Source: the human T2T-CHM13v2.0 reference genome, Homo sapiens. Taken from it: a stretch of 64,000 nucleotides of DNA. The stretch's first letter is position 1. Each line of letters begins with the position of its first letter. The notes below the pieces were generated by a model. That model searched no databases. It saw nothing but the letters and a program-made list of their open reading frames with translations, and was not told where the DNA came from. Where the stretch lies: contig CP086569.2 of assembly GCA_009914755.4 (NCBI GenBank), positions 12,256,001 through 12,320,000 on the forward strand. The letters run 5' to 3'. Both the position numbers and the translations under genes were made by a program. Of this stretch, positions 1 to 14,500 are shown in pieces.

Positions 1-477
1 GGATGATATTGAATAAAATGGAATGGAATGGAAGTTAATGGAATGGAGTCGAAGGAATGGACAGGAATGTAATGGACTCCAATGGAATGGAATGGATGAA
101 AATGGATTTGAACAGATTGGAATCGAATGGAATGGAATGCAATGGAATGGAATGGACTCGAATGGAGAAGAGACAAATGGAATGGAAACGAATTCAATGG
201 AATTGAAAAGAATAGAATGGAATGGCCTGTAATGGTAAGATACTAAATGGAATGGAATTGAATGGAATGTAGTGGAATGGACCCAAATGTAATGCAGTCG
301 AATGGAATATACTGAAATAGAATGGAATCGAAAGGAAAGGTCTCAAATGGAATTTATTCAATACAATGGAATCGAATGGAATGCAATAGAATGGAAAGGA
401 ATCGAATGTAATGGAATCAAATAGAATGGACCGGAATGGAATGGACTGTCATAGAACGGACTGCAGTGTAATGGATT
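1..477 (+). repeat. Partial HOR unit 0. This is the 3' end of the preceding ~5.56-kb unit, corresponding to unit offsets ~5070-5545.
   Basis: Positions 1-477 match 5541-6022, 11113-11597 and equivalent stretches: ggatgatattgaataaaatggaatgg...gattgaattctaattcattc. Confidence 0.85.
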
Positions 478-3400
478 GAATTCTAATTCATTCAAATGGA
501 ATGGAATGGAATGGAATGGAATCCAATGGAATGGATAGGATTGTACTGGAATGGAATAGCATGGAATGCAACGGAGTGGAATGGAGTTGAATGAAGTGGA
601 ATGGAATCGATTGGAATGGAATCAAATGGAATGGACGGGAATGGAATGGACTGGAAGAGAACAGACTCGAATATAATGGATTGCAATGTAATTGATTCAA
701 ATGGAATGGAATCGAATGGAATGTCATAAAATTGAAGGGATTGGAGTTCAATGCAATGGAATAGAATGGAATGCAAAGGAAAGGAAAGGCACGGAGTGAA
801 ATCGAGTGTAATGGAATCGAATGGAATGAAATCGAATGGAATGGACTCAAAAGAAATGGCCGAGGGACAAAACGGAATCAAACTGATTGGAATCGAATGG
901 AACGGAATGGAATGGAATGGTCTCCATTGGATGGGAGTAGAACGGATTGGAATGGAATGGAATGAAATAGAATGGAAAGGAATAGAATGGAATGGAAAGG
1001 AATGGAAGGTAATGGAAAGATATCGAACGGATTGGAAAGGAATGGAATGCACGCTAATGGAATGGAATGGAATTCAACAGAAACGAATGGAATGGACTGG
1101 AGTGAAATGGAGTCGAATGTAATTGACTGGAGAGGAATGGACTCGAAAGGAATGGACTCGAATAGAATGGACTGGAATGGATTGTACTCGAATGGAGTGG
1201 AAAGGAATAAAATGGATTCCACCAGATTGGAATGGAACAGAATGTAATGCAATGGAATGGAATGCAATGGAATGGCTCGAATGGAATGGAGTCGAATGCA
1301 ATGGAAGAGAAAGGAAAGGAATTGAATGGAATTGAAAGTAATAGAATTAAATGGAGGGCAAAGGAAAGATATGGAATGGAATGGATCGAAAAGAAATAGA
1401 ATGGAATGGACAGGAATGGAATGGAATAGACTGGCGTGCAATGCAAACGAATGGAATGGAAATGAATGCAATGGAATGGGAAGGAAAGGAGTAGAATAAA
1501 TATTATGGAATGGAATGGAATGGAATGGAATGGAATGGAATGGAATGGAATGGAGGAGAAAGGAAAAGAATGGATTGGAATGTCACCGAATGGAAAGATA
1601 TGGAATGGAAAGGAATGGATACGAATGGAATGGAATAGAAAGGAACGGAAAGGTAAAGAATGGAATGGAATCGGATAGAATGGAATGCAATATAATGGAG
1701 TCGAACGGAAAATAATCGAGTAGAATGATATCGAATGGAATGGAATTTAATGGAATGGAATGGAATGGACTCGAATGGAATGTACTCAAATGGATTAGAA
1801 GAGAATGGAATGGAACTAAACGTAATGAACTCGAATGGAATGGACACAAATAGAATGGAAGAGAAAGGAATGGTATTGAATGGAATGTATTCGAATAGAA
1901 CGGAATTCAATGGAATGCAACAGTGTGGCATGGAATCAAATGGAATGGAATCGAATGGAATGGACCCGAGTGGAATGGACTCATAGAACAGCCTCGAATG
2001 TAATGGATTACAATGTATTAGATTCGAAAGGACTGAAATCGAATGGAATGTAATCAAATAGAACGGAATTGAATGCATGGAATGGCATAGAAAGTAATGC
2101 AATGGAATGGAATAGACTGGAATGGAATGGAATCGGATGGAATGGAATGAAATGTAATGGAAGGAATGCCATGGAATGGAATGGAATGGAATGCAATGGG
2201 ATGGTGTATAATGGAGTGCAATGGATTTCAGGGGAATGTAGTGAAAAGGAATGAAATAGAATGGAATTCAATATAATGGAATGGCATCCAATGGCAAGGA
2301 ATGGAGCGGACTCCAATGGAAACGACATGAAAGGACTATAATATAATGGAATGGCATTGAACGAAATGGAATGCAATGGAGTTAAAAGGTAAAATATCGA
2401 ATGAAAAGAATTGAGTGGACTCGAATGGAATATAATGGAATGGAATGGACTTGAATGGAATGTAGTAGAGGTGAATGGAATCGCATGGAATGGAAAACAA
2501 TGGAAAGGAAAGGAAGGGAATTGAAAGTAAATGAATAGAATGGAATGGAATCGGATGGAACGGAATTGAATGGAATGGAAACTAAAGGAATAGAATAGAA
2601 AGGAATGGCATTGAATGGAATGGAAAGGAATGGAATCAGATGGAACAGAAAGGAATGGAATAGAATCGAATGGAATGGCATTGAATGGTCTGGAATGGAA
2701 TGTAATGGAATGGAATGGAAAGGAATGGAATGGACTCAAATGGAATGTACTCAAATGGAATTGAATAGAATGGAATGGAAGTAAATATAATGGACTCGAG
2801 TGGAATGGATTGGAATAAATTGGAATTGAATGTATTGGATTCGAATGGAAAGGAATGGAATAGAATGGAATGGAATGGAATGGAATGGAATGGATTAGAA
2901 TGGAATGGAACGAATTGGAATGTAATTGAATGGAGTCGAAAACAGTAGAAAGAAAAGAAGTTTAATCGAATGATATCGAATGGAATTGAATGGAATGTAG
3001 GCGAATGGAATGGACTGGAATGGAGTGGAGTGACATGTAATGGAATCGAAAGGAATGGAATCGAATGAAATGGAATTGAATGGAATAGAAAGGAATAGAA
3101 TGGAATGGAGTTTAATGGAAAGATATTAAAAGTAATGGAATGGAATTGAGTGGACACGAATGGAATGGACTGGAATGGAAAGGACTCGAATGAAATGGAC
3201 TGCATTAGAATGGACTCGAATGGAATGGATTGGAGTGGAATGGTCTCTAATGGATTGGAAACGAATGGAATGGAAAGGAATAGAATGGAATGTAATGAAA
3301 TGGAACGAAATGTAATGGAATGGATTAGACTGGAACAGAACTGAATGTAGTGGAATTGAGTGGAATGGAATGCAATCGAATGGAATGGACACGAATGGAA

Positions 3401-6022
3401 TAGAATGAAATGAAATGGCATGGAATGGAATGGAATGGAATGGAATGGAATGGAATGGAATGGAATGGCATGGCATGGAATGGAATGGAATGGCATGGAA
3501 TGAAATTGATTGGAATGGGATGGGCCCAAAAGTAATGGACTCACAGAAAAGGGACTCAAATAGAATGAATTGGAAAGAAACGGTCTCGAATGTAATTTAT
3601 TCGAATAGAATGATATTGAATGGAATGCGATAGAATGGAATGGTATTGAATAGAATGGAGTAGAATGGAATGGAATGGAACGGAATGGAGTGCATTTGAA
3701 CGGACTCCAATGCAACAAATTGCAATATAATTGGTTCAAATGGAATGGAATCGAATAGAATGTAAACAAATGAAATGGAAGGCAATGCAATGGAAAGGAA
3801 TCGAATGAAATGGAATAAATGGGATGGAATCGAATGGAAAGGACGCGAATATAATGGACTGTTAAGGAAAGGTCTCGAATCGAATTTATTCCAATAGAAT
3901 GGAATCGAACGGAATGCAATACTATTGAATCGAATCGAATGGAATGGAATTGAATGGAATGGACAGGAATGGAATGAACTGGAAGTGAATGGAAAAGAAC
4001 GTAATACAGTGCAATGTAATTTATTCAAATGGAATGGAATGCAATCGAATGGAATGGACTCGATTGGAATGGACTGGAGTGGAATGGACTGAAATGGAAT
4101 GGAAAGGAAAGTAATGGAATGGAACGGAAAGCAAAGGAATCTACTGGAATAGAATCGAACGGAACAGAAAGGAATGGAATGGAATGGAGTGGAATGGACT
4201 CGAATGGAATGTATTCGAATGTAATGGACCGGAAAGGAATGGAATCCAATGGAATGGAATTGAATGGAATCAAAAGGAATAGAAAGGAATGGAGGGTAGT
4301 TGAATGATATCGAATGGAAGGAAATGGAATGAACTCGAATGGAATGCACTGGAATGGAATGGACTCGATCAGAACGGACTGGAGAGGAATGTACATAAAT
4401 GGAATGGAAACGAATGGAATGGAATGAAACGGAATGGAATGAAATGGAATTGAAAGGAACGGAATCAAATGGAATGGAATGGATTGGAATAGAATGGATT
4501 CAAATAAAATAGAATCGATTGGAATGGTATTGAATGGAAAGGACTTGAATGGAATGGAAATCAATGGAAGATATTGGAATCGAATGGCATCGAATGAAAT
4601 GGAATGGAACGGAATGCAACAGACCCGAATGGAATGGAATGGACTGAAATGTAATGGACTCGAATGGAATCGACTGAAATATAATAGACTCGAAAGGAAT
4701 GGCCTCCAGCGGAATTTATTTGAATAGAATTGAATCAAATGGAATACAAGAGTTTTGAATGGAATCGAATGGAATGGAATCGAATGGAATGGAACGGAAT
4801 TCAATATAATGGAGTAGAATGGAATGCATTGGAAAGGAGCAGAATGGAATCGAGTGGAATGGAATCGAGTGGAATGGAATCAAAGGGAACGAAATCGAAT
4901 TGAATGGACTTGAATGGAATTGACTCGAAAGGAATGGACTGGAACAAAAAGGAATCAAATGGACAGGAATGGAATGGAATGGACTCGAATGGAATGGAGT
5001 CAAATACAAACGCATCGAATGGAATGGATTCAAATGGAATGCAATTGAATGGAATAGAAAGGAAGAGAATGGAATTGAGAGTAATGGAAAGATATCGATT
5101 GGAATGAAATGGAATGGAAAGGAATTGAATGGAAAGGAATGGACTCGAAAGAAATGGATTGGAATGGAATGGTCTCCAATGGAATGGACTGGGGTGGAAT
5201 GGAATCGAATGGAATGAAAAGAATGGAACGGAATGGAACGGAAAGGAATAGAAAGTTATGGAATCCGATGGGACAGAATGGAATGGAATGGACTTTCATG
5301 AAATGGAGTCGAATAGAGAGGCATCAAAAGGAATGGAATGGAATGGAGTGGACTGAAAAGGAATGGACTCAAAAGGAATGGAGTCGAAGCAAATTGAATC
5401 AAATGGATTGGAGTCGAACAGTACGGAATGGAATGGAATGAACTCGACTGGAGTAGAGAGGAATGTAAAGGAATAGAATGGAATGTAATCAAATGGATTG
5501 CAAGCGAATGGAATCAAAAATAATAGAAAGGAATGGAGTGTAAAGGGATGATATTGAATAAAATGGAATGGAATGGAATTTAATGGAATGGAGTCGAAGG
5601 AATGGACAGGAATGTAATGGATTCCAATGGAATGGAATGGATGAAAATGGATTTGAACAGATTGGTATCGAACGGAATGGAATGCAGTGGAATGGAATGG
5701 ACTCGAATGGAGAAGAGACAAATGGAATGGAAACGAATTCAATGTAATTGAAAAGAATAGAATGGAATGGCGTGTAATGGTAAGATACTAAATGGAATGG
5801 AATTGAATGGAATGTAATGGAATGGAACCAAATGTAATGCACTCAAATGGAATATACTCAAATAGAATGGAATCGAAAGGAAAGGTCTCCAATGGAATTT
5901 ATTCAATACAATGGAATCAAAAGAAATGCAATAGAAAGGAAAGGAGTCGAATGTAATGGAATCAAATAGTATGGACCAGAATGGAATGCACTGCCATAGA
6001 ACGGACTGCAGTGTAATGGATT
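478..6022 (+). repeat. HOR unit 1, 5545 bp. Its interior (~1000-3900) is a divergent 'type B' variant.
   Basis: The unit boundary landmark gaattctaattcattcaaatgg recurs at 478, 6023, 11598 and so on. The interior carries variants shared with units 11 and 12 (gaatgcatgg, ggaatcagatggaacagaaagg, ggaaaacaatgg, ELNVMNSNG-type) that the core units lack. Confidence 0.85.
3421..3468 (+). repeat. Pure (GGAAT)n tract of ~9-10 units in unit 1. Its position (HOR offset ~2930) is length-variable between units.
   Basis: Uninterrupted tggaatgg... The same offset carries ~12 units at 20071-20131 and 47869-47928, and ~10 units at 25641-25691. It is shorter or interrupted at 8990-9030 and 53440-53470. Confidence 0.8.
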
Positions 6023-9000
6023 GAATTCTAATTCATTCAAATGGAATGGAATTGAATGGAATGGAATCCAATGGAATGGATAGGATTGTACTGGAATGGA
6101 ATAGCATGGAATGCAACGGAGTGGAATGGAGTTGAATGAAGTGGAATGGAATCGATTGGAATGGAATCAAATGGAATGGACGGGAATGGAATGGACTGGA
6201 AGAGAACAGACTCGAATATAATGGATTGCAATGTAATTGATTCAAATGGAATGGAATCGAATGGAATGTCATAAAATTGAAGGGATTGGAGTTCAATGCA
6301 ATGGAATAGAATGGAATGCAAAGGAAAGGAAAGGCACGGAGTGAAATCGAGTGCAATGGAATCGAATGGAATGAAATGGAATGGAATGGACTCAAAAGAA
6401 ATGGACGAGGGACAAAACGGAATCAAACTGATTGGAATGGAATGGAAGGGAATGGAATGGAATGGTCTCCATTGGATGGGAGTAGAACGGATTGGAATGG
6501 AATGGAATGAAATGGAATGGAAAGGAATAGAATGGAATGGAATGGAATGGAAGGTAATGGAAAGATATCAAACGGATTGGAAAGGAATGGAATGGACCCT
6601 AATGGAATGGAATGGAATTCAACAGAAAGGAATGGAATGGACTGGAGTGAAATGGAGTCGAATGTAATTGAGTGGAGAGGAATGGACTCGAAAGGAATGG
6701 ACTCGAATAGAATGGACTGGAATGGATTGTACTCGAATGGAGTGGAAAGGAATAAAATGGATTCCACCAGATTGGAATGGAACAGAATGTAATGGAATGG
6801 AATGGAATGCAATGGAATGGCTCGAATGCAATGGAAGAGAAAGGAAAGGAATTGAATGGTATTGAAAGTAATAGAATTAAATGGAGTGCAAAGGAAAGAT
6901 ATCGAACGGAATGGATCGAAAAGAAATAGAACGGAATGGACCGGAATGGAATGGAATTGAATGGAATAGACTGGCGTGCAATGCAAACGAATGGAATGGA
7001 AACGAATGGAATGGAATGGAAAGGAATGGAGTAGAATAAATACAATGGAATGGAATGGAATGGAGGCGAAAGGAAAAGAATGGATTGGAGTGTCACCGAA
7101 TGGAAAGATATGGAATGGAAAGGAATGGATACGAATGGAATGGAATAGAGAGGAACGGAAAGGTAAAGAATGGAATGGAGTCGGATAGAATGGAATGCAA
7201 TGTAATGGAGTCAAATGGAAAATAATCGAGTAGAATGATATCGAACGGAATGGAATTTAATAGAATGGAATGGAATGGAATGGACTCGAATGGAATGTAC
7301 TCAAATGGATTAGAATAGAATGGAGTGGAAATAAACGTAGTGAACTCGAATGGAATGGACACTAATAGAATGGAAGAGAAAGGAATGGTATTGAATGGAA
7401 TTTATTCGAATAGAATGGAATTCAACGGAATGCAACAGTGTGGCATGGAATCAAATGGAATGGAATCGAATGGCATGGACCCGAGTGGAATGGACTCACA
7501 TAGAAGAGCCTCGAATGTAATGGATTACAATGTATTAGATTCGAAAGGACTGAAATCGAATGGAATGTAATCAAATAGAACGGAACTGAATGCGTGGAAT
7601 GGCATAGAAAGTAATACAAAGGAATGGAATAGACTGGAAAGGAATGGAATCGGATGGAATGCAATGAAATGTAATGGAAGGAATGCCATGCAATGGAATG
7701 GAATGCAATGCAATGGGACGGTGTATAATGGAGTGCAATGGATTTCAGTGGAATGTAGTCAAAAGGAATGAAATAGAATGGAATTCAATATAATGGAATG
7801 GCATCCAATGGCAAGGGATGGAGCGGAGTCCAATGGAAACATGAAAGGAATATAATATAATGGAATGGCATTGAACGAAATGGAATGCAATGGAGTTAAA
7901 AGGTAAAATATCGAATGGAAAAGAATTGTATGGACTCGAATGGAATATAATGAAATGGAATGGACTCGAATGGAATGTACTAGAGTTAAATGGAATCGAA
8001 AGGAATTTAAAACAATGGAAAGGAAAGGAAGGGAATTGAAAGGAACGGAATAGAATGGAATGGAATCGGATGGAACGGAATTGAATGGAATGGAAACTAA
8101 AGGAATAGAATAGAAAGGAATGCCATTGAATGGAATGGAATGGAATGGAATGGAATAAGATGGAACAGAATGGAATGGAATAGAATTGAATGGAATGGCA
8201 TCGAATGGATTGGAATGGAATGTAATGGAATGGAATGGAAAGGAATGGAATGGACTCGAATGGAATGTACTGAAATGGAGTAGAATAGAATGGAATGGAA
8301 GTAAATATAATGGATTCGAGTGGAATGGATTGGAATAAATTGGAATTGAATGTATTGGATTCGAATGGAAAGGAATGGAATGGAATGGAATGGAATGGAA
8401 TGGAATGGAATGGAATGGAATGGATTCGAATGGAATGGAACGAATTGGAATGTAATTGAATGGAGTCGAAAACAGTAGAAAGAAAAGAAGTTTAATCGAA
8501 TGATATAGAATGGAATTGAATGGAATGTGCGTGAATGGAATGGACTGGAATGGAATGGAGTGACATGTAATGGAATCGAAAGGAATGGAATCGAATGAAA
8601 TGGAATTGAATGGATTAGAAAGGAATAGAATGGAATGGAGTTTAATGGAAAGATATTAAAAGTAATGGAATGGAATTGAGTGGACACAAATGGAATGGAC
8701 TGGAATGGAAAGGACTCGAATGAAATGGAGCGCATTAGAATGGACTCGAAAGGAATGGATTGGAGTGGAATGGTCTCGAATGGATTGGAAACGAATGTAA
8801 TGGAAAGGAATAGAATGGAATGTAATCAACTGGAAAGAAATGTAATTGAATGGGTTCAACTGGAACAGAGTTGAATGGAGTGGAATTGAATGGAATGGAA
8901 TGCAATCGAATGGAATGCACACGAATGGAATAGAATGAAATGAAATGGCATAGAATTTAGTGGAATGGAATGAAATGGAATGGAATTGAATGGAATGGAA

Positions 9001-11597
9001 TGGAATGGCATGGAATGGCATGGAATGGTATGGAATGAAATGGATTGGAATGGGATGTTCCCAAAAGTAATGGACTCAAATAAAAGGGACTCAAATAGAA
9101 TGAATTGGAAAGAAATGGTCTCGAATGTAATTTATTCGAATAGAATGATATTGAATGGAATGCAATAATATGGAATGGTATCGAATAGAATGGAATAGAA
9201 TGGAATGGAATGGAACGGTATGGAGTGCATTTGAACGGACTCCAATGCAATAAATTGCAATATAATTGATTCAAATGGAATGGAATCGAATAGAATGTAA
9301 ACAAATGGAATGGAAGGCAATGCAATGGAAAGGAATCGAATGAAATGGAATAAATGGGATGGAATCGAATGGAAAGGACGCGAATGTAATGGACTGTTAA
9401 GGAAAGGCCTCGAATCGAATTTATTCCGATAGAATGGAATCGAATGGAATGCAATACTATTGAATCGAATCAAATGGAATGGAATTGAATGGAATGGACA
9501 GGAATGGAATGAACTGGAAGTGAATGGACAAGAACGTAATATAGTGCAATGTAATTTATTCAAATGGAATGGAATGCAATCGAATGGAATGGACTCGATT
9601 GGAATGGACTGGAGTGGAATGGACTGAAATGGAATGGAAACGAATGTAATGGAAAGGAACGGAATGCAAAGGAATCTACTGTAATAGAAACGAACGGAAC
9701 AGAAAGGAATGGAATGGAATGGAGTGGAATGGACTCGAATGGAATGTATTCGAATGTAATGGACCGGAAAGGAATGGAATCCAATGGAATGGAATTGAAT
9801 GCAATCAAAAGGAATAGAAAGGAATAGAGTGTAATTGAATGATATCGAATGGAAGGGAATGGAATGAAGTCGAATGGAATGCACTGGAATGGAATGGACA
9901 CGATCAGAACGGACTGGAGAGGAATGTACACAAATGGAATGGAAACGAATGGAATGGAATGAAATGGAATGGAATGAAATGGAATTGAAAGGAACGGAAT
10001 GAAATGGAATGGAATGGAATAGAATGGATTGGAATAGAATGGATTCAAATAAAATAGAATCGATTGGAATGGTATTGAATGGAAGGGACTTGAATGGAAT
10101 GGAAAGCAATGGAAGATATTCGAATTGAATGGCATCGAATGAAATGGAATGGAACGCAATGGAACGGACCCGAATGGAATGGAATGGACTCAAATGTAAT
10201 GGACTCGAATGGAATTGACTGAAATATAATAGACTCGAATGGAATGGCCTCGAGCGGAATTTATTTGAATAGAATGGAATCAAATGGAATACAATAGTAT
10301 TGAATGGAATAGAATGGAATGGAATCGAATGGAATGTAATCCAATGGAATGGAACGGAATTCAATATAATGCAGTAGAATGGAATGCATTGGAAAGCAGC
10401 AGAGTGGAATCGAGTGGAATGCAATCGAGTGGAATGGAATCAAAGGGAACGAAATCGAATTGAATGGACTTGAATGGAATTGACTCGAAAGGAATTGACT
10501 CGAAAGGAATGGACTGGAACAAAAAGGAATCAAATGGACAGGAATGGAATGGAATGGACTCGAATGGAATGGAGTCAAATGCAAACGCATCGAATGGAAT
10601 GGATTCAAATGGAATGCAATTGAATGGAATAGAAAGGAAGAGAATGGAATTGAGAGTAATGGAAAGATATCGATTGGAATGAAATGGAATGGAAAGGAAT
10701 TGAATGGAAAGGAATGGACTCGAAAGAAATGGATTAGAATGGAATGGTCTCCAATGGAATGGACTGGAGTGGAATGGAATCGAATGGAATGAAAAGAATG
10801 GAACGGAATGGAACGGAAAGGCATAGAATGTTATGGAATCCGATTGGACAGAATGGAATGGAATGGACTTTCATGAAATGGAGTCGAATAGAGTGGCATC
10901 AAAAGGAATGGAATGGAATGGAGTGGACTCAAAAGGAACGGACTCGAAAGGAATGGAGTCGAAGCAAATTGAATCAAATGGATTGGAGTCGAACAGAATG
11001 GAATGGAATGGAATGAACTCGACTGGAGTAGAGAGGAATGTAAAGGAATAGAATGGAATGTAATCAAATGGATTGCAAGTGAATGGAATCAAAAATAATA
11101 GAAAGGAATGGAGTGTAAAGGGATGATATTGAATAAAATGGAATGGAATGGAATTTAATGGAATGGAGTCGAAGGAATGGACAGGAATGTAATGGACTCC
11201 AATGGAATGGAATGGATGAAAATGGATTTGAACACATTGGAATCGAACGGAATGGAATGCAATGGAATGGAATGGACTCGACTGGAGAAGAGACAAATGG
11301 AATGGAAACGAATTCAATGGAATTGAAAAGAATAGAATGGAATGGCGTGTAATGGTAAGATACTAAATGGAATGGAATGGAATGGAATGTAGTGGAATGG
11401 ACCCAAATGTAATGCAGTCGAATGGAATATACTGAAATAGAATGGAATCGAAAGGAAAGGTCTCAAATGGAATTTATTCAATACAATGGAATCGAATGGA
11501 ATGCAATAGAATGGAAAGGAATCGAATGTAATGGAATCAAATACAATGGACCAGAATGGAATGGACTGTCATAGAACGGACTGCAGTGTAATGGATT
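6023..11597 (+). repeat. HOR unit 2, 5575 bp. First unit of the homogenised core.
   Basis: Landmark periodicity. Near-identical to units 3-10 by eye, for example gaatgcgtggaatggcatag and ggaataagatggaacagaatgg. Confidence 0.88.
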
Positions 11598-14500
11598 GAA
11601 TTCTAATTCATTCAAATGGAATGGAATGGAATGGAATGGAATCCAATGGAATGGATAGGATTGTACTGGAATGGAATAGCATGGAATGCAACGGAGTGGA
11701 ATGGAGTTGAATGAAGTGGAATGGAATCGATTGGAATGGAATCAAATGGAATGGACGGGAATGGAATGGACTGGAAGAGAACAGACTCGAATATAATGGA
11801 TTGCAATGTAATTGATTCAAATGGAATGGAATCGAATGGAATGTCATAAAATTGAAGGGATTGGAGTTCAATGCAATGGAATAGAATGGAATGCAAAGGA
11901 AAGAAAAGGCAAGGAGTGAAATCGAGTGCAATGGAATCGAATGGAATGAAATCGAATGGAATGGACTCAAAAGAAATGGACGAGGGACAAAACGGAATCG
12001 AACTGATTGGAATGGAACGGAAGGGAATGGAATGGAATGGTCTCCATTGGATGGGAGTAGAACGGATTGGAATGGAATGGAATGAAATGGAATGGAAAGG
12101 AATAGAATGGAATGGAATGGAATGGAAGGTAATGGAAAGATATCTAACGGATTGGAAAGGAATGGAATGGACCCTAATGGAATGGAATGGAATTCAACAG
12201 AAACGAATGGAATGGACTGGAGTGAAATGGAGTCGAATGTAATTGAGTGGAGAGGAATGGACTCGAAAGGAATGGACTCGAATAGAATGGACTGGAATGG
12301 ATTGTACTCGAATGGAGTGGAAAGGAATAAAATGGATTCCACCAGATTGGAATGGAACAGAATGTAATGGAATGGAATGGAATGCAATGGAATGGCTCGA
12401 ATGCAATGGAAGAGAAAGGAAAGGAATTGAATTGTATTGGAAGTAATAGAATTAAATGGAGTGCAAAGGAAAGATATCGAATGGAACGGATCGAAAAGAA
12501 ATAGAATGGAATGGACAGCAATGGAATGGAATAGAATGGAATAGACTGGCGTGCAATGCAAACGAATGGAATGGAAACGAATGGAATGGAATGGAAAGGA
12601 ATGGAGTAGAATAAATACAATGGAATGGAATGGAATGGAGGCGAAAGGAAAAGAATGGATTGGAGTGTCACCGAATGGAAAGATATGGAATGGAAAGGAA
12701 TGGATACGAATGGAATGGAATAGAAAGGAACGGAAAGGTAAAGAATGGAATGGAATCGGATAGAATGGAATGCAATGTAATGGAGTCGAATGGAAAATAA
12801 TCGAGTAGAATGATATCGAACGGAATGGAATTTAATAGAATGGAATGGAATGGAATGGACTCGAATGGAATGTACTCAAATGGATTAGAATAGAATGGAG
12901 TGGAAATAAACGTAGTGAACTCGAATGGAATGGACACTAATAGAATGGAAGAGAAAGGAATGGTATTGAATGGAATTTATTCGAATAGAATGGAATTCAA
13001 CGGAATGCAACAGTGTGGCATGGAATCAAATGGAATGGAATCGAATGGCATGGACCCGAGTGGAATGGACTCACATAGAAGAGCCTCGAATGTAATGGGT
13101 TACAATGTATTAGATTCGAAAGGACTGAAATCGAATGGTATGTAATCAAATAGAACGGAACTGAATGCGTGGAATGGCATAGAAAGTAATGCAATGGAAT
13201 GGAATAGACTGGAAAGGAATGGAATCGGATGGAATGTAATGAAATATAATGGAAGGAATGCCATGCAATGGAATGGAATGCAATGCAATGGGACGGTGTA
13301 TAATGGAGTGCAATGGATTTCAGTGGAATGTAGTCAAAAGGAATGAAATAGAATGGAATTCAATATAATGGAATGGCATCCAATGGCAAGGGATGGAGCG
13401 GACTCCAATGGAAACGACATGAAAGGAATATAATATAATGGAATGGCATTGAACGAAATGGAATGCAATGGAGTTAAAAGGTAAAATATCGAATGGAAAA
13501 GAATTGTATGGACTCGAATGGAATATAATGAAATGGAATGGACTCGAATGGAATGTACTAGAGTTGAATGGAATCGAAAGGAATTTAAAACAATGGAAAG
13601 GAAAGGAAGGGAATTGAAAGGAACGGAATAGAATGGAACGGAATCGGATGGAACGGAATTGAATGGAATGGAAACTAAAGGAATAGAATAGAAAGGAATG
13701 CCATTGAATGGAATGGAATGGAATAAGATGGAACAGAATGGAATGGAATAGAATTGAATGGAATGGCATCGAATGGATTGGAATGGAATGTAATGGAATG
13801 GAATGGAAAGGAACGGAATGGACTCGAATGGAATGTACTGAAATGGAATAGAATAGAATGGAATGGAAGTAAATATAATGGACTCGAGTGGAATGGATTG
13901 GAATAAATTGGAATTGAATGTATTGGATTCGAATGGAAAGGAATGGAATGGAATGGAATGGAATGGAATGGAATGGAATGGAATGGAATGGAATGGATTC
14001 GAATGGAATGGAACGAATTGGAATGTAATTGAATGGAGTCGAAAACAGTAGAAAGAAAAGAAGTTTAATCGAATGATATAGAATGGAATTGAATGGAATG
14101 TACGCGAATGGAATGGACTGGAATGGAATGGAGTGACATGTAATGGAATCGAAAGGAATGGAATCGAATGAAATGGAATTGAATGGAATAGAAAGGAATA
14201 GAATGGAATGGAGTTTAATGGAAAGATATTAAAAGTAATGGAATGGAATTGAGTGGACACAAATGGAATGGACTGGAATGGAAAGGACTCGAATGAAATG
14301 GAGCGCATTAGAATGGACTCGAATGGAATGGATTGGAGTGGAATGGTCTCGAATGGATTGGAAACGAATGTAATGGAAAGGAATAGAATGGAATGTAATC
14401 AACTGGAAAGAAATGTAATGGAATGGGTTCAACTGGAACAGAATTGAATGGAGTGGAATTGAATGGAATGGAATGCAATCGAATGGAATGCACACGAATG

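Noticed and set aside
478-500. GAATTC (EcoRI) at every unit boundary, and many TCGA/GANTC sites, as a possible regulatory or functional periodic signal.
   Set aside because: Restriction-site periodicity is a by-product of the HOR and was historically used to define such satellites. There is no evidence of a regulatory role from sequence alone.
1960-1980. gacccgagtgg motifs (also near 7480, 13050 and equivalent positions) that resemble the HSat3 diagnostic decamer CAACCCGAGT.
   Set aside because: On the CATTC strand this reads ccactcgggtc. It is not the canonical decamer in the canonical orientation, only a partial chance resemblance. It is not used as evidence for subfamily assignment.
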